Assembly (NCBI GenBank): GCA_044337105.1
Contig: JBIIOE010000001.1
Location: 16,309-80,308, forward strand
From: Bdellovibrionota bacterium
Lineage (GTDB): Bacteria > Bdellovibrionota_C > UBA2361 > OMII01
Reading direction: 5' to 3'
DNA length: 64,000 nt
This document shows, in pieces, positions 18,186-27,355 of this stretch. The notes below the pieces were generated by a model. It had not been told where the DNA came from. It worked only from the letters and a program-made list of their open reading frames with translations, and did not search any database. Both the position numbers and the translations under genes were made by a program. Positions within the stretch are counted from its first letter, which is position 1, and every line of letters starts with the position of its first letter.

Positions 18186-20948
18186 ATGCCTCCGCGTCGT
18201 TCGTTCCGTCAAAAACCAGCTTGGCAGAGTGCCGGCACCCCGATCGTCTCGTATGTGCGCGAGGGGGCTCGGGTACGGGTTGATTTCTCGTACTCGCCGA
18301 CCCGAGTGAAAGCGGTCAAGGCCGTCCAAGGGGCTCGCTTTCACCCCGACGACAAAAGTTGGTCTGTACCCTTCACAGCGATTGAAAGTCTTCAGACCTC
18401 GAAGGAGTTTCCAGCTATACAGGTACTCAACGGACTCGGCGATGGTAGCGTTGCGCCAGAACCGCTCGACCACGCCATGACGACGTTACGTGAGAATCCG
18501 TTCAGAGTTTTAGAAGGTGTAATCGCTGCCGTCTGTCCGGAGGTTGTGATACGGCTTCATCCTGAGAAGCGACGCTTGCGGGTTGTTCCACGCTTGAGTT
18601 CGACCGGCCATAAGATCGTCATGAAGAGTCCGGGAGCTCTTTTTTCGGCCTTCGATTGTTCCTATGTGGTGCCCACGGAGAGGCTTGGCGCTCTTTTAAA
18701 GAGGCTTCGCGATTCGCGCGTTACCTTCGCCGTGGATGAGGCGGCGGGTGAGGAGCTGGCTCTCTCGGCATCGTTGCGAAATGAGATCATCTCGTCACCA
18801 ACGCTCTTTGGCTCGGAGCAGCTCGGCGAAGCCCTTTTGGTCCCGTTCGTAACTGCCGTTCAGCGTGAAGGGCGAACCTTCCGGCCGTGCTACTTCACCT
18901 CTGAACAGTTCAAGCTCGCATTCCCCGGTGTACAGCGAAAAGGAACACAGAAGCCATTTGAACTCGACGAAAAGGGGCTCTTGAAGCTCAGTGCGCGTCT
19001 CGATGCGTTACCGTTTACGGTGTGGCTCACGCGAGATGTGCACGACTTCCTGGAGCGTAAACGTGCGGATCTCCTGGCTGAGGTGAGTAACGTCGAAGGA
19101 CCGCTCGAGGATTCGGCGCTCGAGGTGCTCTCGCTGCCGCTCATGTGGCGCATCTCCACTTCGGGACGCGGTTCTCTGGTGATCCATCTACCGCCCGAAA
19201 GTGAGGTGCGTGAGCTCGTCGTCTCGCGCTGTATGGAGCTGCTCGGAACGCGCTACGATCGCGAGGCGAAGTGTTTGATTATCGAGATACCGGACTCGAA
19301 GCTCTCCTCAGTGGTCGCAGAGGTGACTCACTTATGCGAGGTGCACGGCCTTTCTCTGATTCCCAAGAGTGAGAGCTTTGCCGAGCTGGAGACGGAGGTG
19401 CGTAAGCGAACGGCGCTGCGTGAAGTGGGTGCGTATTACGCGTCGCTCGACGATATTCCGGCGGAAAATGTGACGGGGCTCGACCCTGAACACTCTGCAC
19501 GACTTTTTCCTCATCAACGGGTGGCGGTGCAGTGGCTTTCGCAGGTTCCGCACGCTTTCCTCGGTGACGACATGGGGCTGGGAAAGACACTCTCAGTTCT
19601 TTCGTACTTCTCTGCATTGCGGCGCTCCTCTGGCTTTCAATTACTGCTTGTCGTGTGTCCGAATTCACTGACACGCAACTGGCTGCGGGAAGCTAAGATG
19701 TGGTTTCCCGAGCTACGAGCAACAGTGCTCGCTGGGGACAAGAGCTCAAAGGCGTGGGCTCTGCGGCTCCTGACGAGCGGGGCGATCGATTACGATGTGC
19801 TGGTCGTCAATTACGAGGCCGTGCGGCTAGATTACGTCATCCCGGAGTTGGAAAAGCTCACCGAGCAACGCACGACACTTCTGTGTCTCGATGAATCGCA
19901 ACGCGTCAAGAACCCACAGGCAAAGACCTTCAAGGCGCTGGTGGATCTGGCGCCGCGGTGTAGTCGTCGGGTGCTCCTGAGCGGAACTCCGACACCTAAA
20001 GATGTAACCGATCTGTGGGCGCAGATGCGTATCCTGGACGGTGGTGAGAGGTTCGGTAAGAGTTTTTACAAATGGCTCAACTCCGTAGCGGAGCTTGGAA
20101 CGGAGTACAGCGACTTCGCGGTGAAGAAGTTTCACGACGAAGCGGTCAACGAGAGCATCCTGCGCGTTCACGAGATTATGCTGAGACGGCGTAAGGAGCG
20201 GGTTGTAGATCTACCCGAGAAGACCTTCACGATCCGTGAGATTGAGCTCTCTGGGAGCCAGCGCGAGCGATACGACGAGATTCGCGAAGGGCTCATCCTG
20301 CGCATGCGAGCCCTATCTGGGGAGCAGTTCGTTCGTGAGATTACAAACATCCTCGAGGAGTACCTACGCGCGGTTCAGGTTGCTTCAAATCCTCGCTTGA
20401 TAGATCCGCAGTGGAAAGGAGAGCCGGCCAAGTTTCTCGAGCTCGACGAGATCGTCGACGAACTGGTTCGAGAGCAGGGTCAGAAGCTCGTGGTGTGGAC
20501 CAACTACCTGGGCAATGTCCGGGAGCTGGCAGAGCGCTATAAGGATCTCGGAGCCGCGCAGTTTAGCGGGGAGGTGTCGGCGTCCGATCGAGAGGTCACG
20601 GTGCGCGCCTTTCAGGAGCACGAGACTCCGCGGATTCTCGTGGCGGTTCCGGCCGCTGGTGGTGTGGGAATTACTCTCACGGCCGCTCAGACCGCTGTGT
20701 ATATCGACAAGACGTGGAACGCCGAACACTGGATGCAGTCGGTCGACCGGATACACCGCATAGGCCAAAAGGGCACGGTAAACATCGTTTCTCTCTTGGG
20801 ATGCAAGGTCGACGAGATCATTCATTGGAACCTACGTCGCAAGGAGCGAACGCAGGCTGAGGTGCTCGGCGACGAAAAGCGAAGCGGGAAGGGGGATATC
20901 GGACTGCCATCACGAGCTGAGCTGCTTGAGGCGCTCGAGGGGGATTGA
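18186..20948 (+). CDS. SNF2-family helicase with ~430-aa N-terminal HARP-like modules
   Basis: Helicase core motifs LFPHQRVAVQWL, DDMGLGKT, LCLDESQRVKN, LLSGTPTPKD and GGVGITLTAAQTAVYIDKTWNAEHWMQSVDRIHRIGQ. N-terminal block VRVDFSYSPTRVKAVKAVQGARFHPDDKSWSVP resembles the HARP pattern. Confidence 0.9.
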   Translation: MPPRRSFRQKPAWQSAGTPIVSYVREGARVRVDFSYSPTRVKAVKAVQGARFHPDDKSWSVPFTAIESLQTSKEFPAIQVLNGLGDGSVAPEPLDHAMTTLRENPFRVLEGVIAAVCPEVVIRLHPEKRRLRVVPRLSSTGHKIVMKSPGALFSAFDCSYVVPTERLGALLKRLRDSRVTFAVDEAAGEELALSASLRNEIISSPTLFGSEQLGEALLVPFVTAVQREGRTFRPCYFTSEQFKLAFPGVQRKGTQKPFELDEKGLLKLSARLDALPFTVWLTRDVHDFLERKRADLLAEVSNVEGPLEDSALEVLSLPLMWRISTSGRGSLVIHLPPESEVRELVVSRCMELLGTRYDREAKCLIIEIPDSKLSSVVAEVTHLCEVHGLSLIPKSESFAELETEVRKRTALREVGAYYASLDDIPAENVTGLDPEHSARLFPHQRVAVQWLSQVPHAFLGDDMGLGKTLSVLSYFSALRRSSGFQLLLVVCPNSLTRNWLREAKMWFPELRATVLAGDKSSKAWALRLLTSGAIDYDVLVVNYEAVRLDYVIPELEKLTEQRTTLLCLDESQRVKNPQAKTFKALVDLAPRCSRRVLLSGTPTPKDVTDLWAQMRILDGGERFGKSFYKWLNSVAELGTEYSDFAVKKFHDEAVNESILRVHEIMLRRRKERVVDLPEKTFTIREIELSGSQRERYDEIREGLILRMRALSGEQFVREITNILEEYLRAVQVASNPRLIDPQWKGEPAKFLELDEIVDELVREQGQKLVVWTNYLGNVRELAERYKDLGAAQFSGEVSASDREVTVRAFQEHETPRILVAVPAAGGVGITLTAAQTAVYIDKTWNAEHWMQSVDRIHRIGQKGTVNIVSLLGCKVDEIIHWNLRRKERTQAEVLGDEKRSGKGDIGLPSRAELLEALEGD

Positions 20949-21008
20949 CCCTTCATACGTCGATTTTCCCCTACCGAGAGCCCCGAGGGTGTGTTAGTCC
21001 TCAGCCGC

Positions 21009-21221
21009 ATGAGACTGATCTGTATCGTAACAATAGTTGCCCTTCTGTCCGGATGTTCCACGGCTCGCAAACAGTGTGAGGTCTGGCAAAAGGAGGGGTA
21101 TATGTTTTCGACCCCCGAAGCGTGCGTTACCTGTGTGAAGAAGCTCGGTTCGAGCAACCGAGATGCCATTCGTGGATGCGCGCTCGGACTCGACAGCGCC
21201 GCACTGATGAATCTGAAGTAA
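21009..21221 (+). CDS. Small Cys-rich lipoprotein
   Basis: MRLICIVTIVALLSGC contains a lipobox. The mature part has 4 further Cys. An alternative GTG start lies at 20991. Confidence 0.55.
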   Translation: MRLICIVTIVALLSGCSTARKQCEVWQKEGYMFSTPEACVTCVKKLGSSNRDAIRGCALGLDSAALMNLK

Positions 21222-21234
21222 CGGAGCCCAAGAA

Positions 21235-21954
21235 ATGAATCAAGTAGTAGCACAGGCGCAACCTAAGCGCTCAGGATGCGGATGTCTCGGGTTAGGGTGT
21301 CTTGTCGCAACGATCCTCGCATTGCTAGTAGGCGGTGGGTTGACGTGGTTCATGGTCAGCAGTATCCGCGGGGCCGTGAAAACCTACACTACCGACCAGG
21401 CGGTACCGGTGCCGACTGCTCAGGTAGACGAGGCTACTCGCAGCTCTGCTCAGGAGAAGCTCTCTGACCTCCGTGAAGTGCTGGCGTCGCCGCAGGGAAG
21501 CGGGAGCTTTTCGTTTTCGGGGACGGAGCTGCAAGCACTCGCACTCAGTGATGGTATCGGACAGCGGGTTTCCCTCGAGACCAAAGGCGATACCCTACAC
21601 GCTACATTCTCGTTTTCGTTGGCAGATTTCCACAACCCTGCGTTCGATCTCCTACTTTCCAAGGATCTTACGCAGCGCTTCTTCAACGGCTCGGCGGTGG
21701 CGAAGCTTGCGGTGACCGATGGACACTTGGAGGTGAAGTTCGACGAGTTGGTGCTGAACGGGAAATCGCTCGCGGGGGAGGCTCTGAGCCAGGCAGGCTG
21801 GTTCGTTGGTGGGGCTATCGAGAGCTCCCTTGGAAGTCTCGCCGCTGCAAATGCTAATGAGGAATCTGCTGAACAGGGCAGCTCCGGACGCATTACCAAT
21901 GCTGGGATAAATGATGGTGTAGTGAGGCTTGATATCGGGCCCCGACGACCCTGA
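21235..21954 (+). CDS. Membrane-anchored hypothetical protein (paralog of 10384..11031)
   Basis: N-terminal TM LGLGCLVATILALLVGGGLTWFMV. Shared blocks VKTYTTDQAVPVP and RFFNGS. Confidence 0.6.
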   Translation: MNQVVAQAQPKRSGCGCLGLGCLVATILALLVGGGLTWFMVSSIRGAVKTYTTDQAVPVPTAQVDEATRSSAQEKLSDLREVLASPQGSGSFSFSGTELQALALSDGIGQRVSLETKGDTLHATFSFSLADFHNPAFDLLLSKDLTQRFFNGSAVAKLAVTDGHLEVKFDELVLNGKSLAGEALSQAGWFVGGAIESSLGSLAAANANEESAEQGSSGRITNAGINDGVVRLDIGPRRP

Positions 21955-22211
21955 TGCGTTCACTCGATGGCTGCAGAGGAGTTCATTGAGCAGCCCAGAG
22001 CGTTGTCGCAGTGGCGGTAATCATACGGATCTCTTAGAGAAATTGGATACTGCGTATGTCTTTGCTCGCAGTCCGCTCAACACCAAGGTGTTCTGTTAAA
22101 ACAGCTTCTGACCATCATTAAATCCGCAGCCCGTCCCGATACATCTAAGGGTGTATAGGCATTGAAGAAACTCGTCCTCGCACGCGAGGAGGTTCAGCAC
22201 AGGAGAGTCCG

Positions 22212-23366
22212 TTGGTTAAGGTCGATCGCCATGGGGGAGATTCATACTCTGATTTTTGCATCCTAAACGGACGCGACGACGCTCGTCTGAGCGATGTCGA
22301 GCGCTTGACTATAGTCGGAGGAGGGGGACTCGACCGTGTGCTATCTACCCTGGCGCGCAGTATCTCCTCGGTAACCTTGGAGAGCCTCGTACCCGGGCTC
22401 GATCTGGCGAAGATTGTGGAGAACCACGAGCGCTACGTCGAGCTGCGAAACTCGGGAGAGTTATCGCGACTACTTGAGCCCCCTGGTGAGCTTTACTCTC
22501 CGCGCGTAACGCAGATCCATGGATTCCCGAGCGGCGGGGTATATGACCTCGAATTCCCATCTGCATTTCCCGTAAGCGAACTGAAGTTCTCGAGCGAGTA
22601 CTGTACCATAAAGGAGAACCAGACCTCCTACGTGCGCCTCTGGGAGCACGCTGAACCGAACCCTGCGCGCCCCACCATCGTCGCAATTCATGGGTGGACT
22701 ATGGGCGATCAGCGGGTCAATTCGTTGGCCTTCCTACCAGGGTTCCTATTCTCAATTGGATGTAATGTAGCGCTCGTAGAGCTTCCTTTTCACGGCAGAC
22801 GTAAGGCTTCGGGGGTTCCTGCCGCGCAGGTCCCGTTTCCGAGCGCTGACCCCGTGCATACGACCATTGGCGTGGCGCACTCCTTGAGAGACCTACGCAC
22901 TCTCCGAGAGTACCTTGTCAGCAGGGGACATGTGCGGATGTGTTGCGTAGGAATGAGCTTGGGAGCATATGTGGCGGCGTTGTGGCTGTCGCTCGATAGG
23001 CTGGACAGAGCTGCCCTCTTGGTGCCTCTAGTTTCGATGGGGGATATGGCCTGGGAGCTGCTCAAGGCTCGTCAGCGAGCGGGTAGCCCCATTCCGAAAG
23101 ACCTGACGCGCTCCCTTCTTCGAGACCTCTTTTGGGAGCATTGTGCACTGGCGCACACGCCCAAGACCGAGCAAGAATCGATTATGGTGATAGCGGGACG
23201 GGGGGACCATCTGGTCCCGAGCTCTCAAGTCGAACTCCTCAGCAAGCACTGGCCTAAGGCGCACTTTGTGTGGGCCGCCGGAGGTCACGCTGCGGCCACA
23301 CAGCGTGGAGAGGCGTTCGAAGTAATGCTGCGGTTTTTACTCGATTGGGGAGAAGGCTATGTCTAA
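22212..23366 (+). CDS. Alpha/beta hydrolase
   Basis: IVAIHGW oxyanion region, nucleophile elbow GMSLGA (GxSxG), and late GDHLVP and GGH. TTG start with AGGAGA 5 nt upstream. It overlaps the next gene by 8 nt. Confidence 0.75.
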   Translation: MVKVDRHGGDSYSDFCILNGRDDARLSDVERLTIVGGGGLDRVLSTLARSISSVTLESLVPGLDLAKIVENHERYVELRNSGELSRLLEPPGELYSPRVTQIHGFPSGGVYDLEFPSAFPVSELKFSSEYCTIKENQTSYVRLWEHAEPNPARPTIVAIHGWTMGDQRVNSLAFLPGFLFSIGCNVALVELPFHGRRKASGVPAAQVPFPSADPVHTTIGVAHSLRDLRTLREYLVSRGHVRMCCVGMSLGAYVAALWLSLDRLDRAALLVPLVSMGDMAWELLKARQRAGSPIPKDLTRSLLRDLFWEHCALAHTPKTEQESIMVIAGRGDHLVPSSQVELLSKHWPKAHFVWAAGGHAAATQRGEAFEVMLRFLLDWGEGYV

Positions 23367-25125
23367 GGATCAGCGTGACAAGGGTGTTTCGTCGCGGGTC
23401 GTATCGGATAGTCCGGCGAAGGGGCTCTTCCTCGGCGAGGTCCGAGAGGACAAGCTCTTCCCGTTTCCGACGATTAGACCCGAGGAGCGTGAGACCTTGC
23501 AGATGGTAATCGAATCGATCGACCGCTTCATGGGAGAGAAGGCCGAAGATTTCCGGCGCTACGACGAGAAAGGAGAACAACCGCAGGAGTATGTCGAGGA
23601 ATTAAAGGCCTTAGGGCTTTTCTCGCTTATCATCCCCGAGGAGTTCGAGGGGCTCGGGCTTTCGAATTCGGGGTATTCACGCGTCCTCCAGCAGACGAGC
23701 CGCTACGATGCCTCTACATCACTCACGATCGGCGCGCACAGCTCTATTGGTATGAAGGCCCTGCTTCTCTTCGGCACTCCGGAGCAGAAAGCCGCATATC
23801 TACCCCGTCTCGCCACAGGTGAGCTCATCGCGGCTTTCTGTCTGACCGAGGCAGGAGCGGGTTCCGACGCAGCTTCGATTAAAACTCACGCCGTTCGGCA
23901 ACAAGATGGCAGCTGGATTCTCAACGGTGAGAAGATCTGGATCACCAACGGCGGCACTGCCGGATTCTACACGGTGTTCGCACGTACTGAATCGGACGAG
24001 GGAAAAATTACGGCCTTTATCGTTGAGCGAGGATGGAACGGAGTCTCCTCTGGTCCGAAAGAGGACAAGATGGGAATTCGCGCCTCGTGCACCACTACGG
24101 TTCGCTTCGACGATGTACGGGTTCCTCCCGAGGGTGTGTTGGGCGAAGTCGGTAAAGGGTTCAAGGTCGCCATGGCGGTGCTCAACAACGGGCGCACCGG
24201 CCTCGGTGGCGGGTGTGTGGGAGCCATGAAGCGACTGATTGAGCTCTCCATCGCGCAGGCCACTCAGCGCAAGCAGTTCGGTAAGAGTATCGCGAGTTTT
24301 CAGCTCATCAAAGAGAAGATAGCGACCATGACGATGCTGTGCTTCGCATCGGAGAGTATCGTTAGCGTTGTGGGACATCTGATCGATTCCGAGGTAGAGG
24401 ATTTCTCTGTCGAGGCGGCGATGAGCAAGGTTTTCGTGTCCGAGGCGCTCTGGACCGTAGCCGACGAGGCGCTTCAGATCGCGGGCGGAAATGGGTTCAT
24501 GAAGGAGTTCCCTTACGAGAAAGTTGTGCGCGACTCTCGGATTAATCGCATCTTTGAGGGCACCAACGAGATTCTTCGTCTGTACATCGGATTGTCTGGA
24601 ATGAAGGACGCTGGGGATCAATTGAAGGACGTAGCGCGGGGCGTGAGCGGAATCTTCAACGATCCGATTAAAGGATTCGGAGTACTCTCGGAGTATGCCT
24701 CCAAGAAGATGGGGCAACTTACCTCACTCGGGCGTCAGCGCCTAACAAAGGTCTCAGACCCGCTCGAGAACGAGGCCGCAACATGCGCCCTCGGGGTCGC
24801 GAAGTTGTCGCAGGCTGTAGAGAGCGCGTTGCGGCGTTATGGCAAGGATATCATTGGACAACAGCTCGTCACCCGCCGCCTCGCTGATACTGCGACTGAG
24901 CTCTTTGTGGGCATGTGCGTACTGGCGCGAGTGTCTTCACTTCTGAAGGAGAAGGGCGTAGAGGGTTGCCAGGATGAACTGAGGATTGCACGAATCTATT
25001 CACATCACGCCAAAGGACGCATCGCAGGCTACCTAAAGGAGCTTACGAGGAATACAGATCAGGACGCGTTAGCTCTGGCGGATAGTATGGTGGAGCGCGG
25101 AGCGTTCACTTGGGACGTGCTCTAG
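23359..25125 (+). CDS. Acyl-CoA dehydrogenase (long, VLCAD/ACAD9-like with C-terminal extension)
   Basis: AFCLTEAGAGSDAASIKT, KIWITNGG, QIAGGNGFM and RIFEGTNEILRLYI. Confidence 0.92.
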   Translation: MSKDQRDKGVSSRVVSDSPAKGLFLGEVREDKLFPFPTIRPEERETLQMVIESIDRFMGEKAEDFRRYDEKGEQPQEYVEELKALGLFSLIIPEEFEGLGLSNSGYSRVLQQTSRYDASTSLTIGAHSSIGMKALLLFGTPEQKAAYLPRLATGELIAAFCLTEAGAGSDAASIKTHAVRQQDGSWILNGEKIWITNGGTAGFYTVFARTESDEGKITAFIVERGWNGVSSGPKEDKMGIRASCTTTVRFDDVRVPPEGVLGEVGKGFKVAMAVLNNGRTGLGGGCVGAMKRLIELSIAQATQRKQFGKSIASFQLIKEKIATMTMLCFASESIVSVVGHLIDSEVEDFSVEAAMSKVFVSEALWTVADEALQIAGGNGFMKEFPYEKVVRDSRINRIFEGTNEILRLYIGLSGMKDAGDQLKDVARGVSGIFNDPIKGFGVLSEYASKKMGQLTSLGRQRLTKVSDPLENEAATCALGVAKLSQAVESALRRYGKDIIGQQLVTRRLADTATELFVGMCVLARVSSLLKEKGVEGCQDELRIARIYSHHAKGRIAGYLKELTRNTDQDALALADSMVERGAFTWDVL

Positions 25126-25144
25126 CGAGTCTCGTCGTAGACGT

Positions 25145-25495
25145 TCAGCTGGCGACCCCGACCTTGTCGAGCGACATTCCCCGACTAAGACCTGTGATGT
25201 TTTCGAGTTTCTCGCAGAACTGGTCAGCTGCGGATTTAGCCTGCTCCTCTGTCCAGCCGACCGCAGTGAGCTCGGAGACGTAGGAGTCCGCGAAGTCGAG
25301 ATAATATTGAATCATCTCGGCATCGTTGGCGATTTCGAAGAATCCCTGGCGTGGCATCATGGGGATATCCTTCACGTGAAATATCTCACGTTGCGAGATA
25401 AGACTGCTAAAATACACCCAAGCATCCCGTGTCAGTAATTGGGCGATGCGCTCCTGGTCCTTTGAAAGCTGCAAACAATACGAAAGCGTATTCAT
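25145..25495 (-). CDS. Hypothetical protein
   Basis: 116-aa ORF, convergent with the ACAD gene. No recognisable motif. Confidence 0.45.
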   Translation of the reverse strand: MNTLSYCLQLSKDQERIAQLLTRDAWVYFSSLISQREIFHVKDIPMMPRQGFFEIANDAEMIQYYLDFADSYVSELTAVGWTEEQAKSAADQFCEKLENITGLSRGMSLDKVGVAS

Positions 25496-25647
25496 AGAGA
25501 TAGTCTCTCGTGTGCTCGTGGGTTTATGGTAGCTGCCCGGATCGACCCCCTTTACGTGAGCGAAGTAGCCGGGACCCTACGACCGAATCCTCTGTATGTA
25601 GGATGCAGTCGACCTTCCTAAGGACGCGAGACAAAATAGGGGTTCAT

Positions 25648-26226
25648 CGTGGAATCGAGTGGGGAGTACCGAGGTCAGGGAGGGCACAAGTCGTTGTTTT
25701 AACTATAAATAGCACCTTTCCACGTGAACGTGCTCGTGCACGTAAACGTGAACGTACCCGAACGAGCAACTTTATCTCTTCGCTCCCGAACTAGAGCAGT
25801 ATGCTCGACTATGAAAAACTAGACGTCTATCGAACGGCGCTTGAGTTCGTCATAACTACGATTGAGATTCGCGATCATCTTCCTAGAGGAAGCGGGGAAC
25901 TCGTAGATCAGTTCAAGCGCGCATCTTTCTCGATAGTGCTCAACATTGCCGAAGGTGCTGGCAGGTTCAAACAGGCAGACAAACAGCGCTATTTCTCAAT
26001 AGCACGGGGTTCCGTCATGGAGTGTGGCGCACTCTTTGACCTGTTAAACGCTCTAAACTATCTCTCCCCCGACGAGTATCGCGCTGGTAAGCGTTTGCTT
26101 ACAAGGATTGCAGCCATGCTTTCCAAGCTATGCCTGCAGCCCGCATGATGCCTGTTTCGGGTACGTTCACGTTTACGCGCACGTTCCCGTGGGGATAACA
26201 CCGAGCCCTACCCACTCGATTTCACG
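25648..26226. mobile_element. Palindromic cassette carrying the four-helix-bundle ORF (rRNA-IVS-like architecture)
   Basis: Outer stem: 25648-25663 cgtggaatcgagtggg pairs with 26211-26226 cccactcgatttcacg (15/16). Inner stem: 25720-25763 pairs with 26154-26192. The reverse complement of the right arm, ccacgggaacgtgcgcgtaaacgtgaacgtacccgaaac, matches ccacgtgaacgtgc[tcgtgc]acgtaaacgtgaacgtacccgaac. The ORF 25801..26148 lies in the loop. Confidence 0.7.
25801..26148 (+). CDS. Four-helix-bundle protein (TIGR02436 / 23S rRNA intervening-sequence protein family, Avd-like)
   Basis: Family hallmarks LVDQFKRASFSIVLNIAEGAGR, DKQRYFSIARGSVMEC and an ~115-aa length. The ORF sits between long inverted repeats. 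Confidence 0.85.
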   Translation: MLDYEKLDVYRTALEFVITTIEIRDHLPRGSGELVDQFKRASFSIVLNIAEGAGRFKQADKQRYFSIARGSVMECGALFDLLNALNYLSPDEYRAGKRLLTRIAAMLSKLCLQPA

Positions 26227-26235
26227 AAGACCCAA

Positions 26236-26352
26236 AATAGGGAAGTAAGGCAAACCCGATCCCTGCTGCGGAAGCGGATCTTGGGTTGCCCTCCGATTTT
26301 TGCGATGTGGAACCATCGAATAGTTTTAGGAACGGCCCCAGCTGCCTTCCTG
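26236..26352. mobile_element. MITE-like element, type 2, degenerate right end
   Basis: TAgggaagtaaggcaaaccc..cggaagcggatcttgggttgccctccgatttttgcgatgtggaacc aligns with the 12858 copy. A possible right terminus, gctgccttcctgcgg, lies inside the 3' end of the BON gene. Confidence 0.5.
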
Positions 26353-26826
26353 CGGCACGCGTTCAACGAGATCCTCGACCCCATGTACCCCCCGCACACG
26401 TCGAATCACCGATACAACCCGTTGCGCCTGGTCCTGTTTTAGTTTTCCCTTCGCAACGACGCGCCCATCCATAACCTCGATCTCGATGGCGCTTGGATGA
26501 AGGAGTACACGTCCTATCTTCGAGCGAATCCTCTCCGCTAGCTTACGGTCATTGACTGGCTCTTCTCCTCGGAGCGCCTTGCGGGTCTCGGCAACTAACC
26601 CCTGAAGATGATTCCGAGCGTTACGGGCCTGCTTTTCAGCGAGCGCAATCGAACGGTTGGCGATGCTGGTAGTCCTATCCCGCGCGATGCCGCGTCTGTA
26701 TGGCCCCAAACGCGGGTCGAGGAAATACATTAGTGCTGCGCCGACCCCCATACCAGTCAACAACGATCCGACCGTCTGGCCTGCCGCGCCTACTACAGTT
26801 CCCTGTTGCTTTGTTCTCCGTTGCAT
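26326..26826 (-). CDS. BON domain-containing protein
   Basis: C-terminal BON pattern SAIEIEVMDGRVVAKGKL..QAQRVVSVIRRVRGVHGVEDLV. N-terminal Gly-rich hydrophobic segment. ATG 26826 has GGAG 5 nt upstream; an alternative GTG lies at 26868. Confidence 0.7.
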   Translation of the reverse strand: MQRRTKQQGTVVGAAGQTVGSLLTGMGVGAALMYFLDPRLGPYRRGIARDRTTSIANRSIALAEKQARNARNHLQGLVAETRKALRGEEPVNDRKLAERIRSKIGRVLLHPSAIEIEVMDGRVVAKGKLKQDQAQRVVSVIRRVRGVHGVEDLVERVPQEGSWGRS

Positions 26827-26934
26827 TGCCGCTCCACTGATGAGTTTGAGTCTTGTTTGATTCCTCACATACTCACCGCATCTTCAGTCAAGCTGGAATG
26901 AGCGGGCTTACACGAGAGCCGGCCTCAAGCGACC

Positions 26935-27285
26935 TCAGCTGTCTCTGCGCACTGCTTCTATGAAGTACGCATAGCGGGTAAAGTCGAAGTTGATCGGTGC
27001 CTCCAGCGCCTCGTGCAGGAAGGAGACGTCCATTGGCCCTACGGCATAGCGGTCGAGCATTTCAGGATCACTCTGTACGGGAACATCGAACTGTTCCCGG
27101 AACTCCGAGAGAACGAAGCTGGGAATCTCCCAAAACTCCACCATCTCTTCCGTAGCGCCATCGATCATGGTCAGCACATGGCAAACCTGGTAGTCGTCGT
27201 TTTTCATACAAACAGAAGTATAGAACAGTCGTATTATCTCGCCATCATACAGGCTGTCAAAAATGGCTTCGTCACAGAGAGACAT
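26935..27285 (-). CDS. Hypothetical acidic protein
   Basis: 116-aa ORF with no recognised motif. Its size and charge are reminiscent of small immunity-type proteins; that is speculation only. Confidence 0.45.
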   Translation of the reverse strand: MSLCDEAIFDSLYDGEIIRLFYTSVCMKNDDYQVCHVLTMIDGATEEMVEFWEIPSFVLSEFREQFDVPVQSDPEMLDRYAVGPMDVSFLHEALEAPINFDFTRYAYFIEAVRRDS

Positions 27286-27355
27286 TTTTCCGCAGTCCTA
27301 TAAGGTGCACAGCCTACATTCCTCTTTCAGAGAAAAATAAGGTAGCATACCCGTC

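Noticed and set aside
23800-24717. 305-aa minus-strand ORF inside the acyl-CoA dehydrogenase gene
   Set aside because: It is antisense to a gene with unambiguous ACAD motifs and has no motif of its own. It is a shadow ORF.
25720-25763. Reiterated ACGTGAACGT / AAACGTG units that might suggest a CRISPR-like or tandem array
   Set aside because: There is no regular repeat-spacer periodicity. The units sit inside one arm of an inverted repeat that has a single partner arm. They are better explained as hairpin stems.
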